In this document: one piece after another, positions 62,462-64,000 of the stretch
How the letters are laid out: each line of letters begins with the position of its first letter
Numbering within the stretch: position 1 is the stretch's first letter
Assembly: GCF_000143415.4 (NCBI RefSeq)
Contig: NW_003314325.1
Location: 838,086 to 902,085 of the forward strand
Length of the DNA stretch: 64,000 bases
DNA from: Selaginella moellendorffii
Taxonomy: Eukaryota; Plantae; Lycopodiophyta
Direction of reading: 5' to 3'
Program-made: the position numbers and the translations under genes
The notes under the pieces: generated by a model
Database searches by the model: none
What the model saw: the letters and a program-made list of their open reading frames with translations, nothing else
What the model was told of the DNA's origin: nothing

Positions 62462-62534
62462 TGCGGTGAGCGTAGATGGAACACGCGGCCTTAAGATCTT
62501 CAGTCTGACGCTCTCTCAACTGGGCTATCCCCGC
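62462..62534 (-). tRNA. tRNA-Phe(GAA) mutated copy (probable pseudogene)
   Basis: Identical to 38206-38278. Confidence 0.75.
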
Positions 62535-62827
62535 GTGATAATAATTATCAGCAATATTATCTGGCACATACATATCACATTACAAGTGTCATGAAATTAT
62601 TGAGCGCTCTAGAGGAGTGAGATCGTAGAAATGCCACTATAGCTGATATGCTGGCTCAAAACTCACAAGGATCATAGCAAAGATTCTTCCAGCGATCGGC
62701 TTTTTTGCTGAAACATGGATGTCTAGAGGTGACTCAACAGCAAACAAAAGAAAACAACAAACGTGGTAGCCGTGTAGAGGGTATAGCTCCTACACGAAAA
62801 CATGGAAGAACACACAGAAACAAAGAT

Positions 62828-63266
62828 CTATCCCATCAGCGGCGGGGGTGCGTAGTGTGGGTTCATGTTCGCGCCTGGACCGCCATAGTCGCTGATCTCT
62901 CCAAGGGGCGGGGGCGCGCCGTAGTGTGGGTTCCTATTTGCCCCTGGAGCGTCATAGTCGCTGGTATGGACCTCTCCAAGGAGCTTCCTGCCTTTGAGAG
63001 CCTGGAAGAAAGAGAGAGAACTTCTTATAACAGGAAAGGAAAAGGAAACTTAGAAGAAGATTTCTCAACCTGGCCCTGTGCAGCCGGCAAGCTTGCATCT
63101 GTAAATCCAACTCAAAACAGTGAGAAACGAGATTGTGGAGGAAGGTAACGGAGAAATGAGATCTATATGTGCTCTCTCTACCTTTGTTTCCACTAGTAGC
63201 AAAAGCGGCAGTGATGAGCAGGCATGAGAGCAGGGCTCCGAGCACAAGCTTGCGAGAAGGAGCCAT
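62828..63266 (-). CDS. Two-motif PSY-like secreted peptide precursor (95 aa); exons 63266-63182, 63098-63070, 63001-62828
   Basis: MAPSRKLVLGALLSCLLITAAFATSGNK|DASLPAAQGQ|ALKGRKLLGEVHTSDYDAPGANRNPHYGAPPPLGEISDYGGPGANMNPHYAPPPLMG*. Confidence 0.85.
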
Positions 63267-63542
63267 TTCTATACTAAGAGAGCCTATAGATCCAAACCAG
63301 GAGAAAAAGAATGAGAAAAACAAAGGCCAAGCTCCCGTAGATAAAGGCCGAGGAGCACAGACTCATACAAAAGCTGGCACAGACGTCGAAGGAATGCAAG
63401 TGTTGTCCACTGAGTGGCCAAGAGTTAACGTCGATACATGGTTCCGTTAGTGCATTGGATAAAACGAGTTTTTCTATGTTAATGGGAATTAACATATTTT
63501 ATCAGGAGAGAGAGATCTCGACTAATATATAGCGATCATTAG

Positions 63543-64000
63543 ATGTTGGAAGCATCGAGCAACATCGTGGGATCGCAGCAATCCTTCTTTGCGACGCTCC
63601 TGAGCCAGTCTGGAGGCTCTGGCGATCTCGATCAAACCCGGAAGATCCACTCCCGGATAGTGGACAGCGGCTACTCCAAAGACAAGTTTCTCCTCAATCT
63701 CATCATCCAGGCTTACGGAAAATGCGGCAGTGTCGGAGATGCGCGCCGTGTCTTCTCCGCGATCGATCACCCCAATCTCTTCTCATGGAACATCATGATC
63801 CAAGCATATGCCCGAAACGGGCATCTAGATGAAGCGCGTAACCTCTTTGATCGATCTCATTCCCCCGATCCAGTCGCATGGAATGAAATGATCACTGCCT
63901 ATGCGCAGCTTGGCGAGATGGAGGAAGCCAAAATTTTGTTTGATCGAGTGCCAGAAAAGAGTGAAATCACCTGGACCGGGATGATAACAGCATATGCCAG
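63543..64000 (+). CDS. PPR gene 5' part (paralog of 39280), runs off the right edge
   Basis: MLEASSNIVGSQQSFF..IIQAYGKCGSVGDAR; open to the window end. Confidence 0.7.
   Translation, partial: MLEASSNIVGSQQSFFATLLSQSGGSGDLDQTRKIHSRIVDSGYSKDKFLLNLIIQAYGKCGSVGDARRVFSAIDHPNLFSWNIMIQAYARNGHLDEARNLFDRSHSPDPVAWNEMITAYAQLGEMEEAKILFDRVPEKSEITWTGMITAYA

Larger units (their letters stand above)
59802..64000. repeat. Near-identical duplicate of about 35548-39737
   Basis: Long identical stretches at an offset of about 24,256 (e.g. ORFs 36450/60706, 37303/61559, 38156/62412). Confidence 0.92.

Overview
Eukaryotic, land-plant nuclear DNA with very short (about 40-70 nt) GT-AG introns, dense gene packing and abundant PLS-type PPR remnants; this resembles a compact lycophyte genome such as Selaginella (inference, not verified). 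The left 10 kb is mostly single-copy: GPN1 GTPase (5' part), a secreted Gly/Lys-rich protein, PPR and SCP/NIF-phosphatase pseudogenes, a 5-exon bacterial/fungal-type metallo-beta-lactamase-fold gene that is fully intact except for one in-frame TGA at the first Cys of its N-terminal CxxC, an intact tRNA-Phe(GAA), and an intact 10-exon YhfW-like FAD oxidoreductase-Rieske fusion. From about 10 kb onward the window is a decaying tandem segmental-duplication array. It carries intronless GDSL lipases (3 intact, 1 frameshifted, 2 fragments), tRNA-Phe pseudogenes, PPR remnants and, missed by the ORF track, a family of 3-exon secreted peptide precursors with TWO tandem PSY-like sulfotyrosine motifs (DYDAPGANRNPHYGAPPP / DYGGPGANMNPHYAPPP). 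Two copies are intact, one is a DY-to-DC variant, two are pseudogenes, and one is a small relic; one intact copy lies 2.5 kb from an intact subtilase. A TRIM and a full-length Ty1/copia element (identical 119-bp LTRs, TGTTT TSD) share the same variant PBS and PPT.
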